Source of the DNA: Anaerolineales bacterium | Lineage (GTDB): Bacteria; Chloroflexota; Anaerolineae; Anaerolineales; RBG-16-64-43 | DNA length: 64,000 bases | Reading direction: 5' to 3' | Assembly (NCBI GenBank): GCA_050010135.1 | Contig: JBEKLP010000004.1 | Location: 2,932 to 66,931 of the forward strand | Part shown: positions 51,894 to 61,118 of the stretch, one piece after another | Layout: each line of letters starts with the position of its first letter | Position numbering within the stretch: position 1 is the stretch's first letter | Made by a program: the position numbers and the translations under genes | The notes under the pieces: generated by a model | Told to the model about the DNA's origin: nothing | What the model saw: the letters and a program-made list of their open reading frames with translations, nothing else | Databases searched by the model: none

Positions 51894-53765
51894 ATGATTC
51901 GGATCACCGGTTCCCATTTTACCGACGAGCAAGGCCGCAGACTGATCCTGCGCGGCGTAAACCTTGGTGGCAGCACCAAAGTGCCGTTTCTCCCGAAAGG
52001 CGCCACCTACCGGCGGGAGGGATTTTTCGATCACCGGACGGTTTCCTTCATCGGCCGTCCCTTTCCGCTCGAAGAGGCGGATGAGCATTTGGGCCGTTTG
52101 CGGGCCTGGGGATTCAATTTCCTGCGTTTCCTGGTCACCTGGGAAGCGATCGAGCACGCCGGGCCGGATAAGTACGATGAGGAGTATATCGAGTACGTCC
52201 GCACCGTGGTGGAAAAGGCGGGCCGGTATGGATTCTCGTTGTATATCGATCCTCACCAGGATATGTGGAGCCGGTTCACAGGCGGCGACGGCGCGCCGGG
52301 TTGGACCCTGGATGCCGCCGGGTTGGATATCACGAAATTGTCAGAAACGGGGGCGGCGGTCCTGCATCAATTTTACGAAGGGCCATTCCCTCGGATGATC
52401 TGGCCTTCCAACGAAGCCAAGCTTGGGGCGGGGACGATGTTCACGCTGTTTTTCGGCGGGAACGATTTCGCTCCGGCCACTCGGGTAAACGGCGAACCGG
52501 TGCAGGATTATCTTCAACGGCACTATATTGCCGCCGTGTGCCATCTGGCCCAGCGGTTGAAAGACTTGCCCAATGTGGCGGGATACGACACGCTCAACGA
52601 GCCAGGCAAAGGTTTTATCGGTTGGGAGGACCTGCGCTTGCCGGGCGGAGCCGTGAAGGTCGGGCCGCTGCCGAGCCCATACCAGTCCATGCTGTTGGGA
52701 TCAGGCTACTCCCAGGCGGTCGAGGTTTGGGAATCCGGATCGACCGGATTCCGGCGCAAGGGAAGCTGCATTCTGAATGATCGGCGAGTCCGGGCCTGGC
52801 TTTCGGACAGGGAATGCGTCTGGCGCCAGAACGGCGTATGGGACGTTGGCCCAGACGGGAATCCCCAACTCCTGCAGCCGGATTATTTCTCCATCCGCAA
52901 CGGCCGGCGGGTGGATTTCCCGCAGGATTACTATCTCCCGTTTGCGCGCCACTTTGCCGAGGCGATCCGCAAGGTGGATCCCAAGGCGATGATCTTCGTC
53001 GAAAGCTCACCGGACACGCCCCCGCCGCATTGGGAGGCGGAAAACATCGTTTACGCACCACATTGGTACGACGGCTTTGTGCTGTATTTCAAGAATTTCT
53101 CAGGTTGGATCGCGACCGATTCCCACGATATGCATTTGATCTTTACCCCGTGGCATATCCGGCGTTCGTTCGCCCGGCAGCTGAACCGACTCCGCTGCTG
53201 GGCGGCCGACCGGCTCGGCTATCCTCCGGTGCTGATCGGCGAATCCGGCATCGCCTTCGATCTGCAAGACAAGCGCGCCTACCGGACCGGAGACTTCCGA
53301 GTTCAGATCCGCGCGATGGACCGCCTGCTCCGCGCGTTTGACGACACTCTGCTCAGCGTGACGCTCTGGAATTACACCGCCGACAACACCAACGCGCACG
53401 GCGACGGTTGGAACGACGAGGACCTCTCGATCTTCAGCCGCGACCAGCAAAGCGATCCGAAGGACATTCACTCCGGCGGAAGGGCGCTTCCGGCCGTGGT
53501 GCGGCCTTATGCGCGCGCCGTGGCGGGCGCTCCCCTGCGGATGCACTTCGACCTTGGCGCCCGCCGATTCGAATTCGCTTTCCGGCACGATCCGCAGGTC
53601 GATGCGCCGACGGAAATTTTCGTCCCACAGTATCAATATCCGCAGGGATACACGGTGACCGTATCGGACGGGACCTATGAAGAGAATTCCGATGAACAGC
53701 TGCTGCTCTATCACCACACTTTGAATCGGGAGATCCACTTCGTTCGAATCCGGCCCAAGGGGTAG
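51894..53765 (+). CDS. Glycoside hydrolase family 5 (endoglycoceramidase/glucosylceramidase-like subgroup)
   Basis: ATG 51894 lies 8 nt after GGTAGGAG. 'LRGVNLGG', 'FNFLRFLVTWEAIE', acid/base 'YDTLNEPG', nucleophile region 'VLIGESGIAFD'. The tracked start at 51771 is probably over-extended. Confidence 0.8.
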   Translation: MIRITGSHFTDEQGRRLILRGVNLGGSTKVPFLPKGATYRREGFFDHRTVSFIGRPFPLEEADEHLGRLRAWGFNFLRFLVTWEAIEHAGPDKYDEEYIEYVRTVVEKAGRYGFSLYIDPHQDMWSRFTGGDGAPGWTLDAAGLDITKLSETGAAVLHQFYEGPFPRMIWPSNEAKLGAGTMFTLFFGGNDFAPATRVNGEPVQDYLQRHYIAAVCHLAQRLKDLPNVAGYDTLNEPGKGFIGWEDLRLPGGAVKVGPLPSPYQSMLLGSGYSQAVEVWESGSTGFRRKGSCILNDRRVRAWLSDRECVWRQNGVWDVGPDGNPQLLQPDYFSIRNGRRVDFPQDYYLPFARHFAEAIRKVDPKAMIFVESSPDTPPPHWEAENIVYAPHWYDGFVLYFKNFSGWIATDSHDMHLIFTPWHIRRSFARQLNRLRCWAADRLGYPPVLIGESGIAFDLQDKRAYRTGDFRVQIRAMDRLLRAFDDTLLSVTLWNYTADNTNAHGDGWNDEDLSIFSRDQQSDPKDIHSGGRALPAVVRPYARAVAGAPLRMHFDLGARRFEFAFRHDPQVDAPTEIFVPQYQYPQGYTVTVSDGTYEENSDEQLLLYHHTLNREIHFVRIRPKG

Positions 53766-53796
53766 GTGAAAGAAGGAATGGAAGGCAATTGAAATA

Positions 53797-53996
53797 TGTC
53801 ATTCGAACCCCGGAAACCCACCGGGGTTCCGGGGCAAACCCCGGCGAAGTCCCCGGGGTGAGGAATCGGTGACGAATGGAAGAAAAACCGACGCTATGAT
53901 GGGTTGTGGAAACGCATCCATGCCTTACCGATTCCTCCCCTTCGCCTTCGGCGCGGGGTCGGAACGACATACTCCGAGTGTCATCCCGAGGGATCG
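53797..53996. repeat. REP-like palindromic element cluster (GC hairpins plus 'CGATTCCTC...TCGGAAxGACATA...TGTCATyCCGAGGGA' unit)
   Basis: Hairpins 'aaccccgg..ccggggtt' (53806-53828) and 'ccggggcaaaccccgg', inverted pair 'gaggaatcgg' (53860) / 'ccgattcctc' (53929). The unit at 53929-53996 is homologous to 56911-56975. Confidence 0.7.
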
Positions 53997-54079
53997 TTAA
54001 GTTTAAATGATAGAATCCATATCGTCTACAACCCTCGCATCGGTGTGACCGAGATCGTCCATCTCCTTCGGAGGTTTCT

Positions 54080-54496
54080 ATGATTGATTGGAATGAAAAA
54101 TTCGCGCGCAAAGTCAGCCGCCGGCTGGCCAAGGAACGCGTCGGATGGCTGGTCACCGTGGGCTCGGATAACTGCCCGCAACCCCGGCCGGTCTGGTTTC
54201 TCTGGGATGGGGAGACGATCCTTCTGTTCAGCCAGGCCAAGGCCAGGAAGATCGTGCATATTTCCAAGAATCCGAAAGTGGCATTCCTTCTGAACACGGA
54301 TGAAGAAGGCAGTCACGTGGTAGTGCTTCTGGCGGAGGCGGCGATCGACCCGAAATCGCCGCCGGCACACAAGGTGGCGGGCTACTTCAAAAAATATCGC
54401 AAGGGGATTGCCGAGTTGGAGATGAAGCCGGAAGATTTCAGCCTGGATTATTCGGTAGCCATCCGGGTGAAACCGACCAGCCTGCGCGGGTGGTAA
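54080..54496 (+). CDS. Pyridoxamine 5'-phosphate oxidase family protein (possibly F420-dependent class)
   Basis: 138 aa. 'GWLVTVGSDNCPQPRPVWFLWDGETILLFSQ...ARKIVHISKNPKVAFLL' is typical of the PPOX split-barrel family. Confidence 0.7.
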   Translation: MIDWNEKFARKVSRRLAKERVGWLVTVGSDNCPQPRPVWFLWDGETILLFSQAKARKIVHISKNPKVAFLLNTDEEGSHVVVLLAEAAIDPKSPPAHKVAGYFKKYRKGIAELEMKPEDFSLDYSVAIRVKPTSLRGW

Positions 54497-54652
54497 ATTC
54501 CGCACCGGATCGAATCCGAAATCCATTCGCAAACAATTCCGTTAAAAAGATTATAAAAAAATCGATTATTCCAAAATCCCCTTCGATTCTTTTTGCCTTT
54601 GTGGTAAAACAATCCCGGTTTTAACCCTCGAGGGATTTTTGCGTCCACAAGC

Positions 54653-56869
54653 ATGACCGAATTTCTAGCCAACCTCAACCCGCAGCAAAAGGAAGCCGTG
54701 GAATGCGGCGAAGGTCCGGTGCTGGTCGTGGCCGGACCGGGCTCGGGAAAGACCCGTGTGCTTTCCTACCGCTTCGCCTGGCTCGTGCTGCACGCCGGCG
54801 TCGCGCCGCAGCAGATTCTCGCCGTCACCTTCACCAACAAGGCGGCGCGCGAAATGCGCGGGCGCATAGAGAAGGTGCTGATCTCGCCGGAAGCGCGCGC
54901 GGCGGGCGGATACGACCTGCGCAATCTTTCGCTGGGGACCTTCCATTCGCTGTGCGCGCGCTGGCTGCGCCGCGACGGGGAGGCGGTCGGGCTGCCGCGC
55001 GAGTACGGGATCTTCGACGACGACGATTCCCAGCGCGCGGTCAAGCAGGCCATGGCCGATCTGGATATCAACATCAAGCAATACTCGCCGGCGGCCGTGC
55101 AAAACGCCATCTCGCGCGCCAAGAACGACATGCTCGGTCCCGACGGGTTCCCCGCCGTGACGCCCTTCGACCGCGTCGCCGCGCGGACCTTCATCCGCTA
55201 CCAGGAATTGCTCGCCGCGAGCCGCGCCGCCGATTTCGACGACCTGTTGCTGCTGGCGGTCCGCCTCTTCCGCGAACATCCCGAGATCCTTGCGCGCTAC
55301 CAGGACCGCTACCGGCACATCCTGGTGGATGAATTTCAGGATACCAACGAGGTGCAGTACACGCTCGTCCGGCTGTTGGCCGAAAACCGACGCAACCTCT
55401 ACGTGGTGGGCGACGTCGACCAATCCATCTACCGCTGGCGCGGCGCGGATTACCGCAACGTGCAGCGTTTCCAGAAGGATTTTTCCGACGCGCGCACCTT
55501 CCTGCTCGAGGAGAACTACCGCTCCACCCAGAACATCCTCGACGCGGCGATGGGCGTCATCCGCGTCAACCGCGGCCGGGTGGATAAAAAACTTTTCACA
55601 AGCCGCGGGAAGGGGCTGGCGCTGGTGCTGCATGAAGCGTATGACGAAAATGATGAAGCCCGTTTCGTGATTGAAACCATCGCGGAGCTGGTGGCCGGCA
55701 GCATCCGGGAGGGGGAGAAGCCGGTCCGGCCCGGCGACTGCGCGGTGATGTACCGTACCAATGCCCAGTCGCGCGCGCTGGAAGAGGAGTTCCTCCGCGC
55801 CAACCTTCCCTACCGGCTGGTGGGCGCGCAGCGCTTCTACGGCCGGCGCGAGGTGAAGGATGCGCTGGCGTATTTGCGCCTGGTCCATAATCCGTCCGAT
55901 GCGGTGAGCCTTTCGCGCGTGATCAACGTCCCCACGCGCGGGATCGGCGAAAAAGCCTATGCCGCGCTGCAGGAAGCCGCCGCGCGCGAACGGATCGCGC
56001 CGGGCCTGCTGCTTTCGCTCGACGAACCCGACGCGATGGCGCGGGTGGCAGCGGCTTTTCCGTCGCGCGCGGCACCGGCTTTCGCCGCCTTCGGGCAAAT
56101 GCTCTCCGGGTGGCGCGCGGCGGCCGCCGGAGAATCCGTACCCTCTATCCTGCGCAGGATCCTCAAGGAGATAAAGTACCGGGAATACCTGCGGGATGGC
56201 TCGGAGGAGGGCGAGGAACGCTGGGAGAACGTCGAGGAACTGATGGCGGTGGCCGAGGAGTTCGAAGAGATCCCGCTCGAACGATTCCTCGAGGAAATCG
56301 CGCTGGTCTCCGACCAGGATACGCTCACGGAAAAACAGGACGCGCCGGTGCTCCTGACGCTGCACGCCGCCAAAGGGCTGGAGTTTCCGGTGGTGTTCAT
56401 CGTCGGGCTCGACGAGGGGCTGCTCCCGCACATGCGCTCGATGGACGATCCGGAGGCGATGGCCGAGGAGCGGCGCCTGTTTTACGTCGGCATCACCCGC
56501 GCGATGGATCGGTTATATTTGCTGCGGGCTTTCCGGCGATCGGCGGGCGGCGGGGGCGGATTGATGGAGGAGTCGCGCTTCCTGCGCGACATCCCGCCGC
56601 AGCTTCTGGGGGAAGAGAAAGCTTCCGGGCGTTCGGCAATGCTGCGTGAGGGGGCGGAGGTGACGTTGCCTTTTACACCTGCGGAGCCCCCGCAACCAAG
56701 AGAAGCCCGCTATCGCAGCGGGATGCGCATCCGCCATGAACGCTTCGGCGAGGGGGTGATCCTCGAGGATCAGGTGCACGGGGAAGACGAAGTGCTCACG
56801 GTGGAATTCGAGACGGCGGGCCTCAAGCGTCTGGACGCGGACGCCGCGCCGATCGAGGTGATCGAGTAG
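54653..56869 (+). CDS. pcrA: ATP-dependent DNA helicase, UvrD/PcrA family
   Basis: 738 aa. 'LNPQQKEAV', Walker A 'VVAGPGSGKTRVL', motif II 'ILVDEFQDTN', 'YVVGDVDQSIYRWRGA', 'LEENYRST', 'TLHAAKGLEFPVVFIVG', 'RRLFYVGITRA'. Confidence 0.95.
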   Translation: MTEFLANLNPQQKEAVECGEGPVLVVAGPGSGKTRVLSYRFAWLVLHAGVAPQQILAVTFTNKAAREMRGRIEKVLISPEARAAGGYDLRNLSLGTFHSLCARWLRRDGEAVGLPREYGIFDDDDSQRAVKQAMADLDINIKQYSPAAVQNAISRAKNDMLGPDGFPAVTPFDRVAARTFIRYQELLAASRAADFDDLLLLAVRLFREHPEILARYQDRYRHILVDEFQDTNEVQYTLVRLLAENRRNLYVVGDVDQSIYRWRGADYRNVQRFQKDFSDARTFLLEENYRSTQNILDAAMGVIRVNRGRVDKKLFTSRGKGLALVLHEAYDENDEARFVIETIAELVAGSIREGEKPVRPGDCAVMYRTNAQSRALEEEFLRANLPYRLVGAQRFYGRREVKDALAYLRLVHNPSDAVSLSRVINVPTRGIGEKAYAALQEAAARERIAPGLLLSLDEPDAMARVAAAFPSRAAPAFAAFGQMLSGWRAAAAGESVPSILRRILKEIKYREYLRDGSEEGEERWENVEELMAVAEEFEEIPLERFLEEIALVSDQDTLTEKQDAPVLLTLHAAKGLEFPVVFIVGLDEGLLPHMRSMDDPEAMAEERRLFYVGITRAMDRLYLLRAFRRSAGGGGGLMEESRFLRDIPPQLLGEEKASGRSAMLREGAEVTLPFTPAEPPQPREARYRSGMRIRHERFGEGVILEDQVHGEDEVLTVEFETAGLKRLDADAAPIEVIE

Positions 56870-56910
56870 CGATCGCAGGATATCATCATGGACTAGTACA
56901 TCATCGGACG

Positions 56911-56991
56911 CGATTCCTCGCCCCGCATCGCGGGGCTCGGAATGACATATGCAGACTGTCATTCCGAGGGAGCGTAGGCACCGAGGAATCG
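56911..56991. repeat. REP-like palindromic element (full unit)
   Basis: Outer inverted repeat 'cgattcctcg' (56911) / 'cgaggaatcg' (56982). Inner hairpins 'ccccgcatcgcgggg' and 'ctcggaatgac..gtcattccgag' (11-bp stem). Confidence 0.75.
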
Positions 56992-57044
56992 GTATCGCGG
57001 GGATGAATTACAATCATTAGGAACGATGTGCAAACAAAAAGGCT

Positions 57045-57085
57045 GCGATTCCCCGGGACCTGAAGGCCCCTCGGAATAACATATG
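57045..57085. repeat. REP-like element, degenerate partial copy
   Basis: 'gcgattccccggg...cccctcggaataacatatg' parallels 'gcgattcctcgcccc...ggggctcggaatgacatatg' of the preceding unit. Confidence 0.5.
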
Positions 57086-57113
57086 GCGAGATGGTGAACG
57101 GACGGAGGGTGGA

Positions 57114-58094
57114 ATGAATATTTTGGTCACCGGCGGAGCCGGGTATATCGGATCGGCCTGCGCGCAAATGCTGCTCGAGGCGGGGCATACTGTGGTGGTC
57201 TACGACTCGCTCCTCACCGGGCACCGGGCCGCGGTACCCTCCGGCGCAAAATGGATCCAGGCTGATCTAAGCCAGCGCGATGTCCTGCGGCGCACGATGA
57301 AGGAAGGAAGATTCGATGCGGTGATGCACTTCGCGGCCTTCATCGAAGCCGGCGAGTCCATGAAGTATCCCGGAAAATATTTCCAGAACAACGTAACCTA
57401 TTCGATGACTCTGCTGGAGGAAGCGCAGCGGGCCGGGATCGGCCGATTCGTGTTCTCCTCCTCCGCGGCGGTGTATGCCTCCAGCGACGATCCGCTTTCG
57501 GAAGATTCCGCGATCAAGCCGGCGAATGTCTACGGTCAGACCAAGCTGATGGTGGAACAATCGCTCGAGTGGTACCACTACGTCCATCAACTCCGCTACG
57601 TCGCGCTGCGGTATTTCAACGCCGCCGGCGCGCTCCCCGGACGCGGCGAGGATCATCCCGGCGAGAGCCATCTGATCCCGCTGGTGCTGCGCGTGCCGCT
57701 CGGGCTCCTGCCGGCGGCCAAGATCTTCGGGGACGATTACCCCACGCGCGACGGAACGGCCATCCGCGATTACATCCACATCGCCGACCTGATCTCGGCC
57801 CATCTGCTCGCGCTCGACGCGTTGAAAGACCGGCCGCGGATGGTCTACAACCTCGGCAATGGAGCGGGTTATTCCGTCAAACAGGTGATCGAGATGGCGC
57901 GCGAGGTCACCGGGCATCCGATCCCCGCCGAGGTGTCCCCGCGCCGCCCCGGCGACGCCGCGCGGCTGGTGGCCTCGCCCGAGAAAATCCGGAGCGAGCT
58001 GGGCTGGACCCCGCGCATGCCGTCGCTGCGCGATATCGTCGGGAGCGCGTGGGAATGGCACAGCAAGCATCCGCGCGGCTACGCGGACCGTTGA
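57114..58094 (+). CDS. galE: UDP-glucose 4-epimerase
   Basis: 326 aa. 'ILVTGGAGYIGS', 'FSSSAAVY', 'YGQTKLMVE' (YxxxK), 'LRYFNAAGA', 'GTAIRDYIHIADL'. Confidence 0.9.
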   Translation: MNILVTGGAGYIGSACAQMLLEAGHTVVVYDSLLTGHRAAVPSGAKWIQADLSQRDVLRRTMKEGRFDAVMHFAAFIEAGESMKYPGKYFQNNVTYSMTLLEEAQRAGIGRFVFSSSAAVYASSDDPLSEDSAIKPANVYGQTKLMVEQSLEWYHYVHQLRYVALRYFNAAGALPGRGEDHPGESHLIPLVLRVPLGLLPAAKIFGDDYPTRDGTAIRDYIHIADLISAHLLALDALKDRPRMVYNLGNGAGYSVKQVIEMAREVTGHPIPAEVSPRRPGDAARLVASPEKIRSELGWTPRMPSLRDIVGSAWEWHSKHPRGYADR

Positions 58095-58138
58095 TATAAT
58101 CGAATAGGCAAGGTTGTTTCGTTGCCATAGGTGGCTCG

Positions 58139-60469
58139 GTGCCGACGCCAACCAAACGCATTATCGGAAGAAAAACAACCCGATCCTCTTCGCCCCGTTC
58201 CGCGCCTCTCGTTCCGCCGGAACACCGGCTCGATATCCTCGGCATCTGCTTGATCGGCCTGGCCGCTCTTACCATTCTTTTCTTCTTCATCGCCAAGCCC
58301 TCCACGCTTCCCGGATGGTGGGTGCTTCTCCTGCGGAGGATCTTGGGAGTCGGCGCCTACGCGGCGCCGGTGCTCCTGGCCGTGCCGGGCGTGTACCTCG
58401 TCCTGCGCCGTTTCCGCTCCGCGCTTCCGCCGCTCTCGCCGGACCGGCTGGCGGGCCTCGGGATGCTCTTTCTCGGCGGACTGATGCTCGCCCATCTGCT
58501 CACCGACCCCACGCCGGGGACGATCTTCGTCACCGCCTGGAACGGAGGGGGCGGCGGATATCTGGGAGCGCTCCCGCTCCACGTCCTTCTGTCGCTCCTG
58601 GATTATGCTGGAACCGCGCTGGTCCTCATTGCGTGGATCCTGATCGGCATACTGCTGACTTTCCGCATTTCGATCCCGCAGCTTTTCCACGCGCTCGCAC
58701 CAACGGTGCAGAAAATATTCCGATGGCTCGCGGAAGAATGCGCCGGGCTGCGGGCCAAACTGCGCCTCCGGAAACAACCGGAGATCGAGCCTGCCATCCG
58801 CCGCTTCCCTGCCGCGGCGGAACCACAGTCCGCCCCCGCGGTGGAAAGCGCCGCCAAACCTTCGCCGTCCGTTTCTCTCCCTACGAATGAAAACCGCACT
58901 GCGGCGGATACGAACCGCGATCTTGAGGAACCGGTCATCACGCTCGGCATCCCCGAGCCTCCGCCGCCGTGGGAACTTCCGAACCTTGAAACCATTCTCA
59001 ATCCGGGCATCGAGGCAACGTCGGATGAAAACCTCGATCGGCAGCGGGCCAAGATCATCGAGGATTCGCTGGAGAGTTTCGGCGCACCGGCCAAGGTGGT
59101 GGAGATCAACCGCGGCCCGACGATCACCCAGTTCGGCGTCGAGCCGGGGTATGCCGATGCCCGCGGCGGAAAAACCACGCGGATCAAGGTAAGCAAGATC
59201 TCCGCGCTCTCGGACGATCTGGCTCTCGCCCTGGCCGCCCCGTCGATCCGCATCCAGGCGCCGGTGCCGGGGAAAGGGTTCGTCGGGATCGAGGTACCCA
59301 ACGCCGAGATCTCACTGGTAGGCTTGCGTGACATCGCCGAATCGGAAATCTTCCGCGAGAAAACCTCCCCACTGCGGATCGCCCTGGGCAAGGACGTCTC
59401 GGGCCAGCCGGTGGTGGCCGACCTGGCGACGATGCCGCATTTGCTCATCGCCGGCACCACGGGGTCCGGCAAATCGGTGTGCGTCAACGCCATCCTGGCC
59501 TGCTTCCTGCTGCACGACACGCCCGACGATCTGCGCCTGCTGCTGGTGGACCCCAAGCGGGTGGAGCTCACCTCCTATAACGGGGTACCGCATCTGCTCG
59601 CGCCGGTGGTGGTGGAACTGGATCGGGTGGTGGGCGCGCTGCAGTGGGTGACGCGCGAGATGGACGAACGCTACCGAAAGTTCCACAACGCGGGGGCGCG
59701 CAATCTGGAGGAGTACAACCGCGTCATGAAGGAGCGCGGCGATCGGCCGCTGCCGGTGTGGGTCGTGGTCATCGACGAACTCGCCGACCTGATGCTCATG
59801 GCGCCGGACGAAACCGAGCGCATTCTCACCCGCATCGGCCAGCTCTCGCGGGCCACCGGGATCCACATGGTGATCGCCACCCAGCGGCCGTCGGTGGACG
59901 TGCTCACCGGGCTGATCAAGGCCAACATCCCGGCGCGGATCGCCTTCGCGGTGGCCTCCCAGATCGACAGCCGTGTGATCCTGGATCAGCCGGGCGCGGA
60001 GCGGCTGCTGGGACGCGGCGATATGCTGTTCCAATCACCGGATTCGCCTTCGGCCGTGCGCTTGCAGGGGGCTTACGTCTCCGAGCCCGAACTGATGCGG
60101 CTGGTTCAGTATTGGCGCCAGGCGTCCGTGGCGCGCCAGCCCAATGTTCCGATAACGCACGGAGAGCAGGACGCCGTGGCAGGGGAGATGGCCCTTTCGC
60201 CGGATGCGCCCTTGGAGCAGATTCCATTGTTCGAAGAGGAGGCCGAGGACAAAGGGGACGACAAATTGCTCGAGGATGCCACCCGCGCCGTGCGCCAGTG
60301 GCGCAAAGCCTCGACCACGCGCCTGCAGCGCCACTTCCGCATCGGTTACACCCGCGCCGCGCGGCTGATGGACATGCTCGAGGAGCGCGGGATCATCGGC
60401 CCGCCCACCCAAGGCTCACAGCCGCGGGAGGTGATCGATTACGGCGAGTTGGAGGATAAGAGGGAGTAA
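58139..60469 (+). CDS. ftsK: DNA translocase FtsK/SpoIIIE
   Basis: 776 aa. About 4-5 N-terminal TM helices, a linker, Walker A 'LLIAGTTGSGKSVCVN', Walker B 'VVVIDELADLM', 'IHMVIATQRPSVDV', and a C-terminal gamma winged-helix 'ASTTRLQRHFRIGYTRAARLMDMLEERGIIGP'. Confidence 0.95.
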   Translation: MPTPTKRIIGRKTTRSSSPRSAPLVPPEHRLDILGICLIGLAALTILFFFIAKPSTLPGWWVLLLRRILGVGAYAAPVLLAVPGVYLVLRRFRSALPPLSPDRLAGLGMLFLGGLMLAHLLTDPTPGTIFVTAWNGGGGGYLGALPLHVLLSLLDYAGTALVLIAWILIGILLTFRISIPQLFHALAPTVQKIFRWLAEECAGLRAKLRLRKQPEIEPAIRRFPAAAEPQSAPAVESAAKPSPSVSLPTNENRTAADTNRDLEEPVITLGIPEPPPPWELPNLETILNPGIEATSDENLDRQRAKIIEDSLESFGAPAKVVEINRGPTITQFGVEPGYADARGGKTTRIKVSKISALSDDLALALAAPSIRIQAPVPGKGFVGIEVPNAEISLVGLRDIAESEIFREKTSPLRIALGKDVSGQPVVADLATMPHLLIAGTTGSGKSVCVNAILACFLLHDTPDDLRLLLVDPKRVELTSYNGVPHLLAPVVVELDRVVGALQWVTREMDERYRKFHNAGARNLEEYNRVMKERGDRPLPVWVVVIDELADLMLMAPDETERILTRIGQLSRATGIHMVIATQRPSVDVLTGLIKANIPARIAFAVASQIDSRVILDQPGAERLLGRGDMLFQSPDSPSAVRLQGAYVSEPELMRLVQYWRQASVARQPNVPITHGEQDAVAGEMALSPDAPLEQIPLFEEEAEDKGDDKLLEDATRAVRQWRKASTTRLQRHFRIGYTRAARLMDMLEERGIIGPPTQGSQPREVIDYGELEDKRE

Positions 60470-60661
60470 AAAGAAGCCGTGTCCATCTCAAGGTGTTATT
60501 GCATGAATACAAGCCTGGAAAAGGGGTTCTTTTTAAAATAGGGGAGGATTGAAAAATTCCGAGCCGTGCGATAAAGTATAATCCATATCAGACGTGAATT
60601 GAATTTCACCAAGAAATATTCCGGGCAAAAGACAAATCTCAAATCATGAGGAGAAGACAAA

Positions 60662-60946
60662 ATGACAGAAACACCTGCCGCTCCCACACCCGCAAAGAAA
60701 AGCTCCGCACCTATGATCATCGCAATCATCGTAGTCGCCATCCTGTCATTGTGCTGCTGCATTCCCGGAATTATTAATATCGTGTCGCCCCTTCCCTATA
60801 CGACTTCCACATCCGGCATCATCGGCCAGAGTAGCGGGACCGGGACTATTCCTGCGACGTACGGATTAATCTGCATCTGCGCCGCGATTATTCCGTGGCT
60901 GGTCCTGGGAATTGTGGCTCTCCTCCGTCGGCCGAAAAAACAGTAA
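60662..60946 (+). CDS. Small Cys-rich two-TM membrane protein (hypothetical)
   Basis: 94 aa, with GAGGAG 8 nt upstream of the ATG. Two hydrophobic helices ('MIIAIIVVAILSLCCCIPGII', 'LICICAAIIPWLVLGIVALL') and a basic C-terminus 'RRPKKQ'. Lower-GC region. Confidence 0.55.
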   Translation: MTETPAAPTPAKKSSAPMIIAIIVVAILSLCCCIPGIINIVSPLPYTTSTSGIIGQSSGTGTIPATYGLICICAAIIPWLVLGIVALLRRPKKQ

Positions 60947-61118
60947 GCGCTGCCTCCGGTCAGATAGATCGTCGCCGGAAAAAACGGATCGCATACCCAG
61001 CCCGGCGGAAATCGTCGGGTTGGTTTTTTACGTGTCGATGCATTTCGCATACTGAACATCGAAGAGTAGGTATAAAATCACGAATCCGGGGTGTATCTTC
61101 CCCTGAGGAGCGTTCGTA

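Noticed and set aside
51192-53765. The holin-like DUF360 protein followed by a glycoside hydrolase, considered as a phage-type lysis cassette or prophage remnant.
   Set aside because: A strong terminator and a 220-nt spacer separate the two genes. The hydrolase is a large GH5 rather than an endolysin type, and there are no phage structural, integrase or repressor genes nearby.
54665-56431. A 588-aa minus-strand ORF, one of the longest ORFs in the track.
   Set aside because: It lies exactly antisense to the strongly motif-supported pcrA/uvrD gene. Its translation is Arg/Gly/Pro/His-rich with no motifs, which is the typical stop-codon-poor antisense frame of a high-GC gene.
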